Assembly (NCBI RefSeq): GCF_044704955.1
Contig: NC_091988.1
Location: 191,890,001 to 191,954,000, forward strand
Source of the DNA: Pristiophorus japonicus
Lineage: Eukaryota
Direction of reading: 5' to 3'
Length of the DNA stretch: 64,000 nucleotides
How positions within the stretch are numbered: the first letter of the stretch is position 1; each line of letters starts with the position of its first letter. The position numbers and the translations under genes were made by a program. Below are positions 1 to 12,015 of the stretch, one piece after another. The notes beneath the pieces are model-generated. The model saw only the letters and a list, made by a program, of their open reading frames with translations, searched no databases and was not told the origin of the DNA.

Positions 1-98
1 TTGCGGCCAGACGGGGCTTCCATGCCGAGCACAGGTACTCTTGCCTCTCTTACGGTTACCACCCCCCAAACGGGGCGATATCGAATTTCGACACCCCC
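1..98. mobile_element. Terminal fragment of a GC-rich Harbinger-like non-autonomous DNA transposon (truncated by window start)
   Basis: GGGCGATATCGAATTTC at ~73-89 is the reverse complement of GAAATTCGATATCGCCC at ~47318, the terminus of the Harbinger-derived element; CpG-rich. Confidence 0.5.
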
Positions 99-449
99 TT
101 TTTAATAAATCAAAGACAAACAAAAGAATGAGCTGGTCAAAATATGTACATGGACTGAATAGTCGCAGATGGAAATTAATATGGACAGATGCCTGCACTG
201 AATATAGGAAGGAATAATGGCTGACATAGATGATATTTCCTACAATACAACACTGATTCTCAATGAGGTAGTGAATGTCTTCCCAATACTATGGATACTT
301 TATGAGATGACTGAGTGTTTTGCACGTTGTAGAGCTTTTCAGTGAGACAGAAAATGTAACCTTGCCATGCAGAGCACCTCAATACGAGGTGGCGAGGGTG
401 TCTGTTCCAATATTCACAGGATCGGACGATAGTCGGACGGACAATGGTC

Positions 450-650
450 GTCTAGTGTAGTGGTTATGGTACAAGATAAGCAACCCAGAGGTCATGAGTT
501 CAAATCAAATTGTGAAATTGAATTCAATAAATCTGAAAATCTGTCGGTTCGCACCAGGAAAAAAAAGACCATGAAAGCTGCTGGATTGGTGTGAAAATCT
601 AATTGGTTCACTGACGCCCTTCACGGAAGGGAACCTGCCACCCTAACCTC
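450..650 (+). mobile_element. Degraded tRNA-derived SINE
   Basis: A-box-like TAGTGTAGTGGTTA and B-box-like GAGTTCAAATC, followed by GAAATTGAATTCAATAAA...GGTTCACTGA...GGAAGGGAACCTGCC body resembling shark SINEs. Confidence 0.5.
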
Positions 651-1185
651 AGTTATGTCGCTGTGCTACAGCAAGCCTGCATTTGAGAAGGGAGGGCTGA
701 ATAGTACAGGGCTGCAGCCATTTACTACTCCTGATTACATTCAACCTCCTTGTTAACATGGCACGATTGAGTTTGAATTTTCCACGCAGTGCGGCCCATT
801 AAATTGTAGACCTATAAAGGATGCCTGAGTACAGAACTATTTATAGGATGTAAGGTGCGTTAAAAAAAAGACTCTTTCGGAACTGAGTACAGAACTTGGC
901 TGCTGCTACTGCCAATTCAGGAGCACTTGTGTATTTCGCCAGTGACCCATGACTTACAATTTCACATTTTACAAATAACACTGTACATACCGATGCAGGG
1001 GCCTTAGATTCCCAACTATTGCTCCCTGCGAGCAGCCAGCCGAGCCAGGAGTGCTCAATTGGGGAACTCAGCCTTTACCTTTGCTCTTTTGAGGAGCCAC
1101 TCAATCAGTTTTGGTGTCAGATTTCCAATATTGTGAATAATGGTCGAACATTTTTAATTCCTAACGTGGATCTCATCGTACAAAG

Positions 1186-2100
1186 CTAGGTGGGAATGTA
1201 AGTCACGAGGAGGATGCAAGGAGGCTTCAAGGGGATATACACAGGCAAAGTGAGTGGGCAAGAACATGGCAAATGGAATATAATGTGGAGAAATGTGAAG
1301 TTACCCACTTTGGTAGGAAAAATAGAAAAGCAGAGTATTTTTTGAATGGTGAGAGATTGGGAAATGTTTGTGTTCATAGGGACCTGGATGTCCCTGTACA
1401 TGAATCACTGAAAGTTAACATGCAGGTACAGCAAGCAATTAAGAAAGCAAATGTTAGCCTTGATTACAAGAGGATTTGAATATAAGAGTAAAGATGTCTT
1501 ACTACAATTTTATAGGGCACTGGTGAGAACACACCTGGAATATTGTGCACAGTTTTAGTCTCCTTATCTAAGGAAGGATATACTTGCCATAGAGGGAGTG
1601 CAATAAAGGTTCACCAGACTGATTCCTCGGATGGGGGGATTGTCCTATGAGGAGAGATTGAGTAGACTAGGCCTATTTTCTCTAGAGTTTAGAAGAATAA
1701 GAGGTGATCTCATTGAAGCATACAAAATTCTTACAGGGTTTAACAGGGTAGTTGCAGGGAGGATGTTTCCCCTGGCTGGGGAGTCTAGAACACGGGGTCA
1801 CAGTCTCAGAATAAGGTGTCGGCCATTTAGGACTGAAATGAGGAGAAATTTCTTCATTCAGAGGGTGGCGAATCTTTGGAATTCTCTACCCCAGAGGGCT
1901 GTGGAAGCTCAGTCGTTGAGTATATTCAAGACAGAGATCGATAGATTTTTGGATATTAAGGGAATCAAAGGATATGGGGACAGTGCAGGCAAGTGGAGTT
2001 GAGGTAGAGGATCAGCCATTGATCTCATTGAATGACGGAGCAGGCTCGAGGGGCCGAATGGCTGACTCCTGCTCCTAATTCTTATCTTCCGTATGTTATG
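1186..2100 (+). mobile_element. CR1 LINE, 5'-truncated (ORF2 C-terminus + 3'UTR)
   Basis: Disrupted ORFs MEYNVEKCEVTHFG and YEERLSRLGLFSLEFRRIRGDLIE...RNFFIQRVANLWNSLP; CR1 3'UTR and TATGTT tail. Confidence 0.95.
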
Positions 2101-2207
2101 TTCTTTGATTTTACTATCAAAGTTTTTAAAAATTACTGATTTGGTTTCTGAAATGGTCAATATATTATTTCAGCTGATGATAAAATGTATGAAAAAGGAC
2201 AAAGAAG

Positions 2208-2372
2208 CAATGTTCCCCCTAATTTTGGGGGGGGGTTTACGACTCCTTTAACGAGCTGCGCGGCCCATTCAAAGTGACACGCTTGCACAAAAGTTCACGT
2301 TGGAAACGTCGGTCTCGTGCTGTGCAGGACTGGCAGGCTGTTGCATGGCCACGCAGCTTGGAGATAACATTG
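2208..2372. mobile_element. hAT-like MITE
   Basis: Termini CAATGTTCCCCCT / GAGATAACATTG; degenerate 8-bp flanks CAAAGAAG/GAAGGAAC; related termini at 11501-11675. Confidence 0.55.
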
Positions 2373-2505
2373 GAAGGAACAGTCCTGCAAATAATTATTT
2401 AAAAGAAGCTTCTATTTTTAAGTAAAAAGCAGAATTGTTGGCATTATGAGCATGAGCTCATGCAGGACACTCCAGCTGCTTTTGTTTCCCTATAGTTTCA
2501 CTGAG

Positions 2506-2970
2506 TCATAGAATCATAGAATGATACAGCACGGGAGGAGGCCATTCAGCCCATCGTGCCTGTGCCAGCTCTTTAAAGAGCAATCCAATTAGTCCCGCTC
2601 CCCTGCACTTTCCTCATAGCCCTGTCATTTTTTTCCCCTTAAGTATTTATCCAACTCCCGTTTGAAACTTCCTATTGAATCTGTTTCCACCACAATTTCA
2701 GGCAGTGCGTTCCAGATCACAGCAACTTAGCTGTGTAAAAAAAATAAATCCTTAAGACTTCTCTAGTTCTTTTGCCAATCGTCTAAAATCTGTGTCCTCT
2801 GGTTACCGACCCTTCTGCCTGTGGGAACAGCTTCTGCTTATTTACTCTGTCAAAACCATTCGTGATTTTGAGCACCTCTATCAAATCTCCTCTTAATCTT
2901 CTCTGCTCCGAAGGAGAATAAGCCCAGCTTCTCCAGTCTCTCCTCATAACTGAAGACCCTCATCCCAGAT
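2506..2970 (-). mobile_element. Old CR1 LINE 3' fragment
   Basis: (CATAGAAT)2 tail, then reverse complement of CR1 3'UTR and ORF2 end. Confidence 0.85.
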
Positions 2971-3329
2971 AAATGACCAGATAAATTGTTTTAGTCATAT
3001 TGGTTGAGGGATAAATGTTCGTCATTACACCGTGAGAACTCCCCTGCTCTTCTTCAAACAGCTCCATGTCTTAACAAATTTCCACTTGGCATGGGCAGGA
3101 GGGCGCCAAAGGTGTGCTTGGACCCAACGCCAGCTTTGGCTGGATGGCTTTTGAAGGGCGTCGGTGGATGGGATCCCAGCACAGCTGCTCAGTCCGCTGC
3201 CCATGGAATTTCAAGGCCAATAGATTAGGTGGGGCAATGTAAGTCCTTGCTGAGTTCTGTCTTGTGTGTGTCCCATGTATCTCTGATAAATTTCCACATA
3301 GAAATGGGTCTACATAGTTAGCAACACAA

Positions 3330-3543
3330 GTCTCACTCCCTGCTTAAATCCCTTCAGCCCTCTAATTCCATATACGCTTTTAAAAACCTCCTTAAAACTC
3401 CCCTTACTGTCTTCCCCTTCAGTCATTTTCTCTAACCTTTTTTCCATGTCTCTACATCAGTTCCTCTTATTACTCCTTTGTAACGTGCCTTGGCATGCTT
3501 TGATTGTTAAAGGCGCTAATTGAATGCAAGTTTGTTGCTGTTA
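3330..3543 (+). mobile_element. Old L2 LINE 3' end
   Basis: Ends AAAGGCGCTAATTGAATGCAAGTTTGTTGCTGTT, an L2-type terminus. Confidence 0.55.
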
Positions 3544-3571
3544 TGAACCGACACATGCACTGGTGTTCTCT

Positions 3572-3688
3572 GAAAGAAAAGAAAGACTTGCATTTATACA
3601 GTGCCTTTCACGACCTCAGCACAGGTCACAGTGCTTTACGGCCAATTAGATACTTTTGAAGTGTAGTCACTGTTGTAATGTGGGGAAA
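3572..3688 (-). mobile_element. SacSINE1/Deu-type SINE 3' fragment
   Basis: GAAAGACTTGCATTTATA...GAAGTGTAGTCACTGTTGTAATG matches tails of the full-length copies in this window. Confidence 0.75.
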
Positions 3689-5579
3689 ATGCTTTGAAGG
3701 AAACTGTAATTTGTACCATCATTACTGTTAGGCAGGTGCAACTGTGTCAGCACAAACCAGACACCATTGCTTAATGTGCGACTGATGCTGACTCTCATAT
3801 AACAACAGCATAAGAAACTAGATTACTGATGGTCCTTAACGAAGCCATATACGCACGCTGTAATAAGCAAGTACCAGTCCTTAGTGAGGCCTGTTTCTGT
3901 GGGTTCCATTAGTACCATCTCTCTCTCTAACAGATTTGGCAGACAAACATGAGCCCTTGGTGAGGCCTAGCTCTGTGGCTCCAATATATTTCTCTAATAA
4001 ACAAGCTGAGTTAATGACAGCCCTGATAGTGAGTCCCGTCTCTGCAGGCCTCATAGTCACAGTGAAATGAGTTTTCAACAACTCGATTCAAATCCTAATG
4101 GACACCGCTCTGCACTTGAAAACCGACATGAATTTGTAAATATGCAGCTAATTTATCACCCTCAGTTTATCAGAGAGAGGAGAGTGTGGGAAATAAATGT
4201 CACATTGGCTTCTATGGAGGAGGGGGGTTAGTCTTCTGAGCTCATGGTTGAGTGCATTACTATGTTTTGTGTTACTTCTGAGGACAAGGGGGGAACATAT
4301 TTCATTTCCCAGCCTTGTGCTCCTTTGCACAAATTGCAGTAAAACTACATTGCTGGATTGTTTTTGTTTGCTTATTTTATTAAGTAAAAGTCTGACATGG
4401 TATACTACTTGTCGGAGAAATAAGACTCCAGTAAATCAGTGACTTTACTGCCATACCGGTTTCTTCACTTTTATTCTTCCTTTCAAAGATAAAGTGCACC
4501 CATTGTTAACCCCCATCTGAACTGTCTCATCAGATAGGCCCATCACACTCCAATTCACTCGGAATTTGGGTTAAATAAGACAACTTGACTAAAACCAGGA
4601 GACACAGCAGCCACCGTGCACTTCCTATGTTTGTGTTGCAACCAGTTTTTGAGGTGCCATTTCCACTTTGGTATTTTGTTTTTAATTGACTTTTTAAAAT
4701 TAAATTTGGGCATTTGATTAATGCTTGTCGTGCCAGGGTTTAAATAATTCAAACATTGACTTAATTGGGAGCAAAGAAGATTTAGAAGGTTCTGAGTTTC
4801 AGTTCCACACAACGTTAAATCAAAAGGCTCTGTTGCCTTCTCGAGAAAATACAAAATTGATCTTGTTTTGCTCAGTATGGAAATGATGCAAAGAAAGATC
4901 TGACTTTAGTGTTTGCGCACCTAATTTTCTTTTCTAGTTTTGGTAGTGACTGCTTTTAAATAATTATTCTTGAGTCGAGGTGAGATGGTCTAATTGCTCA
5001 GCAAAGTCGAGGGTTTATGATTCTGCTCTAGAAAAGAGGAAATGATCAACTTTATTTACAACTGCGCAGGTTGATATGGGGCCTGACAGGACGATATCTG
5101 CTGGCAGTACCCAAAGCAGTTACTCATACTAACCCTGACAGCTCCAGTACACACCTGAAAGTAATTAGCAAGAGCACATTTCCCTCACATTTCTATGTAG
5201 TGACCCAGAGCTGTGCACCATTATACTGGACACTTCATCATTCCCTTGTCATAACTGCTGTTCCAAACACTTCCCAGACCTGAGCCAAAACTAAACAAGC
5301 AAATAAGGGCTGGGAACTTGCCTTGTGGTTTTAGTTGTAATTTGCTGCATTTTTCTGTCCCTGTGTCGGTGGCCGATACAGTATAGGCCTGTTCGGAAAG
5401 TATCCGAGTTCATATTCCTTAATTTTAGTGCTTCAGCAACGCAGTTGCGCTTTGCAATTTTAAAATTACAACGTCTTTGATTTTTTCCAACGGGTAAAAA
5501 AAACATACAGCTTTTAACTTCCTTTCTAATTGCGCCGCAGAGCTTCTGAGCACACATGTTAGTGTGCATTCTTCCATTT

Positions 5580-5980
5580 CAACAACAACTTGCATCTGGT
5601 AGCGCCGTTAAAGTAGTGAAATGTCCCAAGGTGTTTCACAGGAGCGTTACCGAACACAAATTGACACTGAGCCATGTAAAAAGCTATGAGGACATTAGGA
5701 CAGTGACCAACAGCTTGGTCAAAGAGGTAGGTTTTAAGGAGGGTCTTAAAGGGGGAGAGAGAGGTAGAGGGGTGGAGAGGGTTAGGGAGGGAATTACACC
5801 GCTTAGGGCCCAGTCAGCTGAAGGCATGGCCACCAATCCTTGGGCGAAGGGAATTGAATATGCATAAGAGGCCAGAATTGGATGAACACAGAGTACTCGG
5901 AGGGCTGTAGGGCTGGTGAGGTTACAGAGATTGGGAGGGGTAGGTCATGGATGGATTTGAACACAAGGATGGGAATTTCA
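5580..5980 (-). mobile_element. L2 LINE 3' fragment
   Basis: AACAACAACTTGCAT tail; minus-strand translation ILVFKSIHDLP, typical of the L2 ORF2 end. Confidence 0.85.
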
Positions 5981-6439
5981 TAGCAAGCTCTTTGCAAGTA
6001 TACTTCGAGTCTATTGACTGAGGTGGCAAGTTTTCCATTATTACTTCAATATAATTTTCAACAAGCTTATAAGTTGTCCCCAGCGATCAAGCATGGCCTC
6101 TATTCAATGGGGCTCCAGGTTTTGCATTATCTTGGAACACTGTCGTAAGAAGGGACAGAGCAAGAAAATACCTTTTGCCACATCATGTTCATTCCTTCCA
6201 CCATCTAAAAGTTGATCTTCCATGAACTCTACCAATCTCACTTAACCTCCTCAGAAAATGTTCCCTACCCCGAAAGATATGCAAAGGTAAACTCTTGAAC
6301 ACATAAATAAACCTCACATTTTACACTGTGCATCTTTAATCAGCTACCTTTCTTGACATGATGGAGAGTAATTTTGTGATACTCACATAGCAATACTCCA
6401 ATTGTAATGTGGTGATCTTCCACCAAGCTCAATTTGCCT

Positions 6440-7598
6440 CCACTTCCCAGCAGTTCATTCAGACTGACCCTGAAATTAGGCAACCTTGCCATCATGTTTG
6501 ACCCTGAGCTAGCTTCAAACCACCAGCACAATGATCTATTTCTACCTTCACAGCATTACCTATCTTCCCCTTAACTCACTTGCGTCAATTCCGAAATCCT
6601 CATCCTTGCCTTTGCCATCTCCATGCACACCTTCTCCAGTGCTTTCCTCACCAGTGTCCCAGGTTTATCGTCGATAAACACCAACTTATCCAAAACTACA
6701 CTAAACCCTGCTGACCTATTACCCCGACACTCGCAAACCTCCATTGATTCCCCATCCTTCAACTTACTGAATTTGAAATTCATGTTTTTGTCTACAAGTC
6801 CTTGTACAGTTTCACTTCTCTCTATATATAAAGAAAGACTTGCATGACCACCGGACGTCTCAAACCAATTTACAGCCAATGAAGTACTTTTTAAGCGTAG
6901 TCACTGTTGTCATGTGGGAAACGCGGCAGCCAATTTGCGCACAGAAAGCTCCCACAAACAGCAATGTGATAACGACCAGATAATCTTTTTTTTTTGTTAT
7001 GTTGATTGAGGGATAAATATTGGCCAGGGCACCGGGGATAACTCCCCTGCTCTTCTTCGAAATAGTGCCATGGGGGATCATTTATGTCCAGCTGAGGGAG
7101 CAGACGGGGCCTCGGTTTAACGTCACATCCAAAAGACGGCACCTCCGAGAGCGCAGTACTCCCTCAGTACGGCACTGGGAGTGTCAGCCTAGATTTATGT
7201 GCTCAAGTCCCTGGAGTAGGACTTTGCACCCACAACGCAAGCTCTTCCAACCTTACATACCACAAGCACTCTCCATTCTTCTCACTCTGGTCTCTTTTGC
7301 ATCCCACTAGCTCTGCTGCCCATTTGGTGGCAAAGTCTGCTGGCTATCTTCTCTCCAAACTCTAGATCACTCTCCCTAAACCTTTCAACATTACTACCTC
7401 TCTGTCTTCCTTCTAAAACTTTCACAAACCTTGCCCCTTTGACCTTTGCCCTTGGTCATCTCCCCTAATTTTTTTTTTATCTTTTCACTGCTCCTCACCA
7501 ATTTCTGCCTCTGAGAAGCAACTTGGGACATTTTACTGCGTTATACAATGTAGTAAAATGTTCCAGGTTGTTCCAGCAAGACAAGCTGTTGTTGTTAT
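6440..7598 (+). mobile_element. Old L2 LINE fragment interrupted by a SINE
   Basis: Degenerate NLAIMFDPEL and EILILAFAIS motifs; ends CAAGCTGTTGTTGTT at ~7595. Confidence 0.65.
6830..7236 (-). mobile_element. SacSINE1/Deu-type tRNA SINE
   Basis: Deu-like core (GTTAAACCGAGGCCCCGTCTG...CCATGGCACTATTT...GGCCAATATTTATCCC) and L2-like tail. Confidence 0.9.
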
Positions 7599-8334
7599 TT
7601 TTTGAGTGCAATCCAATTCATTGGCAAGAAACATGAGGATTGAAATCATGATGTGCAGTATCCGTGATCTAGATCTTACTGTACTTGCATGACATTCCTC
7701 TATTATAACAAATGGCTTGGTTAAAATAGCAGAGAAAGGAATTTCACATGAACGGGTCAATGGGATCATAGCTAATATTTCACAGTGTAATTACAATTGC
7801 AGAATTTGCCTTAGTGGGCTGCTAAAGGTCACGATATGAGGGCCAAACATATTTAAAGGATATTACTTTGTAGATGTAACGAAGTTTGATACTGTCAGGA
7901 TAAATTTAGGAAATTGCACTCCTGGCAAATGCCTGCCAAGATTGCATACTGGGAATCTGTGTATAGATGGATGGAAAATGATAGGGTCTGAGCATTTGAA
8001 TCACCAATATGCAATCTCAGTGGGCGAGTCTATGGGTCGGGGTACCATTACATCATATGTGTCTCTTTCCCCTTTCACTGGGTTTACGGGACTACAGATC
8101 CTAACTTATAAATAACACTAAGTTTCGGATGCATTAAAACAGATATATTTGCATCTTAAACTTTTCTATGGTCCAATATACAGCCCAGCAACATCCACTT
8201 CCAAATGGCACTCTCCCCATGTGTCGTCTCCTTTGGAAATTTGCATCTCCCCATGCCCCACAGTGAAACTTAGGTTTAAGTTCCAGCCGCTGGAAGAGCA
8301 ACATTTGTCTCAACATATTCAAAGGGAAAAAGAA

Positions 8335-8575
8335 AAGAACACTGGCATTTATATAGTATCTTGACATGCCACTAAGAAATGCCTGGAAGCACTTCACGTA
8401 CAATGAATTATGTTGCGGTGACCATTGCTGTGAGACTGTGGCAGCCATTTCGTGCGGAGCTAAATCTGACAAGCAACAATGAGATGAATGACCTGCTGAT
8501 CTGTTTTTTGGTGATGTTAGCTTAGGTCAACAGGGAGAACTCTGTATTCTTCTTTAAATAGTGTCACGGGATTTT
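8335..8575 (-). mobile_element. Old Deu-type SINE fragment
   Basis: GCATTTATATAG tail; AATGAGATGAATGACC...GGTGATGTT core. Confidence 0.6.
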
Positions 8576-8784
8576 TTAAATCTTAAAATGTTAACTTTAA
8601 CCTCACCCCGCATCACTGGAACAAGTGTTTAAATTCTACAGAAGCCCAGTGGGGTTATCTGTTTTTCCCCTTGGCTGGCACCTATTCTTGGAGTTCTATT
8701 AATTTGCATTATAGTTACTGGCCTGGAAAGACCCCACTGTAATTGATGCTGCAACAGAGGCAGGAAGCAGACATAAGGGCTTAG

Positions 8785-9267
8785 AAAGAGAAAAGAAAGA
8801 TTTGGATTTATATAGCGACTTTCACGACCACCAGACGTCTCAAAATGCTTAACAGCCAACGAAGTACTTTTTGGAGTGTAGTCACTCTTATAATGTGGGA
8901 AACGCAGCAGCCAATTTACATATAAGCAAGCTCCCACAAGCAGCAATGTGATAATGACCAGATAATTTTTTTGTTATTTTGTTATGTTGATTGAGAGATA
9001 AATATTGGGCAGGACACCGGGGATAACGCCCCTGCCCTTCTTCGAAATAGTGCCATGGTATCTTCTACATCCACTTGAGAGAGCAGACGGGGCTTCGGTT
9101 TAACATCTCATCCGAAAGATAGCACCTCCGACAGTGCAACACTCCCTCAGCAATGCACTGGAGTGTCAGCCGACATTTTTGTGCTCAAGTTCCTGGAGTG
9201 GGAACTTGAACCCACACCCTTCTGACTCAGAGGCGAGAGTGCTGCCCACTGAGCCACGGCTGACACC
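8785..9267 (-). mobile_element. Full-length SacSINE1/Deu-type tRNA SINE
   Basis: Minus strand starts GTGTCAGCCGTGGCTCAGTGG (A box) ... GGGTTCAAGT (B box); Deu core; TCTTT tail. Confidence 0.92.
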
Positions 9268-9345
9268 ACTTAAGGCTTTTCCGACTCTGTGCCCACGATT
9301 TTCCACCCATTCATGACGAGTGCAGAATTTCAAACTCCAGCCAAA

Positions 9346-9967
9346 TGCGGTCGATTTTAATCCCTCCCACACCCGGCGGAAACGTTGCGTGAGGTGAGTT
9401 AAAATTGCCGGAGACCCGAGGTCACTCCGTTCCCGCCCGGCGACTTTTTAATCTCTGATGAATTTGACGTCGACCGAGGCTCTCGCTGCGGGCAGGCTGG
9501 GGCCTAATTTAAATCTCAACATCGCAGCCCAGCGGCCTTATCCGTGCCGCCAAGTGATTTTTACGGTGACTTAGTGGAAACCCGAGGTAGCTGGCGGGAC
9601 ACAGCAGAGTGGTTAGAAGAGGCCAAGGTCAGTCATATTTTTTTTTTTTAATTCTTCAATAGGATAGCTTGGTGGCCAAGCCGAGCAGGAATGCTCTTCT
9701 GGGCCTAGGAAGGAATCCTTGGGATACCCCTTCCCTGGCCCCGTCCACACGGGCATCTATTTGGGAACCGCCCACTTCCTCTCTCCAGCACTTGACCTTA
9801 TACCGGCAGCGCCCAATTTCCCGCCCGCAGTTCCCACTTCCACCCGCCAGCGTTGATATAATTCCCGCAGGCACCAGGCGCGGCCTCGATTCCTTCAGAC
9901 ATTCCAATAAGCTGCCCACGCTGGGCTTCCCAGACACCAACCCCGCCCTCCTGTTAAGATCTCCCCC
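9346..9967. mobile_element. GC-rich non-autonomous TIR element (Harbinger-like)
   Basis: CpG-rich block bounded by imperfect inverted ends GCGGTCGATTTTAA / TTAAGATCTCCCCC. Confidence 0.5.
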
Positions 9968-10533
9968 AGTGTTTCAATGGCTAGCAGCAATATAAACTTG
10001 AAAATTCCAGTCAGCACAAGCGCACACTATTCACACGGCATGTACGCGACCTTCATTAGCAAAGCCAATCTCCTTATAATGACTACCTAATCAGACAGCT
10101 TGAAATTGTACAGCTTTCAGGCACTACACGGGCATTGTGCTAATCTTGTCAATTTAAAATGGGATTAAAGCCGACTAGGTTCTAACCTGTCCAGAAGGAA
10201 TCCCGTCAAGTTGTGTTACTTATGTCTCTTTGCTGTTGCTCAATGGGGATTTCCTGCAGTGCTCCGCCCTCGATGGATTTGATAAATTATGAAGATAAAG
10301 AGGAACAAAGGGGGAACTACCTCCACTTTCAGCATGGTGGCAATTACATAGGCGTGCTGTCTGCTTTAAGGAGACCTGCAGTGAACAACTATCCTAGGGG
10401 CTACCAGTTGAAGTCAAGAAACCACGGCCTTCAACCTTTATGCGTTCAGGTCCTCCTAGGCTAACACAGGCAACATATGCAACATCAGCCACTTTTCTAT
10501 CTACAGATATATACATTGTACAGAAGGGTCAAT

Positions 10534-10939
10534 GAGAACACCACCGCAGGTCGGGGCTATAAATAGAGCTGGAACGCCGGGCCCTGGAACACCGTGGGCG
10601 GAGGTGCGGCGAATGAGGGTACGGGGCCCAGAAGAGCTGAGGGCCCAGGGGCAGCACAGGCCAGCTCACACTGCAATATGTGTTCGCACTAGGTCCATGC
10701 AGCAGAGCAGGTCTCCAGTTGTCCTGGTTCAACTCTTGCCACTGGATAAAGACCTAGCTCTGTCGAGCCCGTGTGGTGGCTGATGTGCAACGGTCACCAC
10801 AGGTTAAAAAAAATCCACGCACAGACATCTTCCACCCCCTCAACTGGAGTTCAGGACTGGAACATCGGGTCCTTCATTGAAACATCTGTGAACTCGTGGA
10901 AGCAAGTCATCTTCGTTCAAGGGACCGCCTATGATGATG
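10534..10939 (+). mobile_element. Non-autonomous RTE-tailed retroelement
   Basis: Ends GTGGAAGCAAGTCATC...GGGACCGCCT(ATG)n, as in the RTE LINEs here; non-coding body shared with ~52756-53075; TSD AGGGTCAAT/AGGGTGAAT. Confidence 0.8.
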
Positions 10940-11049
10940 AGGGTGAATAATGTTGTCTCCTTTCCCGCTGGGTAGCAACAACAGCAAAACAGGGCTGACC
11001 AATTAGACCCATACATACTATTGGCATCTCGAAGCAGCACTGCTAATAC

Positions 11050-11276
11050 CGGGACAGATCAGGAGTACAGCACAGTGCAGCCCTACTAGGGTCTCCAAGA
11101 TCATTGTCATCTGCTGCTTGCGCCACAACTTTGCAACACAGAAGGGCCTAAACATGGAGGAGGAGGAAGCCCACAGCCAGGCGAGACCAGAGCAGAGTGG
11201 CCAAGAAGATGCTGCTGCAGAGCATCAATATAGTCTGGAAAATGGGTGTGCCGACTGCTCTTCCAAAGAACATTGA
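11050..11276 (+). pseudogene. Harbinger/PIF transposase (HARBI1-like) C-terminal relic
   Basis: DRSG, frameshift, then TAQCSPTRVSKIIVICCLRHNFATQKGLNMEEEE; matches the Harbinger DDE C-terminal LDRSGGxLQYSPxRVSxIIxxCCxLHN motif and acidic tail. Confidence 0.75.
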
Positions 11277-11426
11277 TGTAGAATTTCAATGGGACTTCAC
11301 CTGCCTGGAATTTCGGCAGAACATCAGTGGGAAGTCAGGAGAAATGGTGTCGACAGCTGCTTACGCCAGTTCCACCAATCTTCCACTGAAGCTATTGCGG
11401 GAGAAGCCCTTGTTGAAATTCTATCC
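11276..11426. mobile_element. Palindromic (foldback) MITE
   Basis: TAGAATTTCAA (11279-11289) / TTGAAATTCTA (11413-11423) inverted ends with further internal arm pairing. Confidence 0.6.
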
Positions 11427-11500
11427 TATTTACTTGAGGACCTGTGCTGTCTCTTTAAGGAACCGTGCTCTCAAACCAGCGAAAGGAAAGTGTTTACAAG

Positions 11501-11675
11501 CAATGTTCCCCCGAAGGTGCATGACTGCGCGGCAGCGCAGAAAGCTCAAATGTACCGCGCAGGCCATTCACCGTCCTTTACGATCTAAATACCGTGCGTG
11601 CTCAGAAATTTAAAGGGACCGTGCATTAAAAGGAACAGGCCGCACAGAACAAAGCGTAGCTCACAGCGAACACTG
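11501..11675. mobile_element. hAT-like MITE
   Basis: TIRs CAATGTTCCC / GCGAACACTG; 8-bp flanks TTTACAAG/GCTACGAG (5/8 identical). Confidence 0.6.
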
Positions 11676-11691
11676 GCTACGAGCACCTTCT

Positions 11692-12015
11692 CATCGTCAT
11701 CATCATCATAGACAGTCCCTCGAAATCGAGGAAGACTTGCTTCCACTCTGAAAATGAGTTCTCAGGTGACTGAACAGTCCAATACAGGAATTACAGTGTC
11801 TATCACAGGTGGGACAGACAGTGGTTGAAGATAAGGGAGGCTGAGGAGTCTGGTTTGTCGCACACTCCTTCCGCTGCCTGCGCTTGTTTTCTGCATGCTC
11901 TCGGCGACGAGACTCGAGGTGCTCAGCGCCCTCCCGGATGCTCTTCCTCCACTGAGGGCGGTCTTGGGCCAGGGATTCCCAGTTGTCGGTGGGGTTGTTG
12001 CACTTTATCAAGGAG
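11692..12015 (-). mobile_element. RTE/BovB-like LINE 3' end
   Basis: WESLAQDRPQWRKSIREG...CPTCDRHCNSCIGLFSHLRTH; (ATG)n tail; perfect 9-bp TSD GCACCTTCT (11683-11691 / 12016-12024). Confidence 0.92.

Noticed and set aside
9195-9267. tRNA genes at SINE heads (also 29445, 54830, 57420)
   Set aside because: A/B boxes run directly into SINE bodies, with no terminator or complete cloverleaf evident.
9455-9480. Hammerhead ribozyme cores (CTGATGA here and at ~2175, ~32425, ~45134)
   Set aside because: No correctly placed GAAA and stems could be found.
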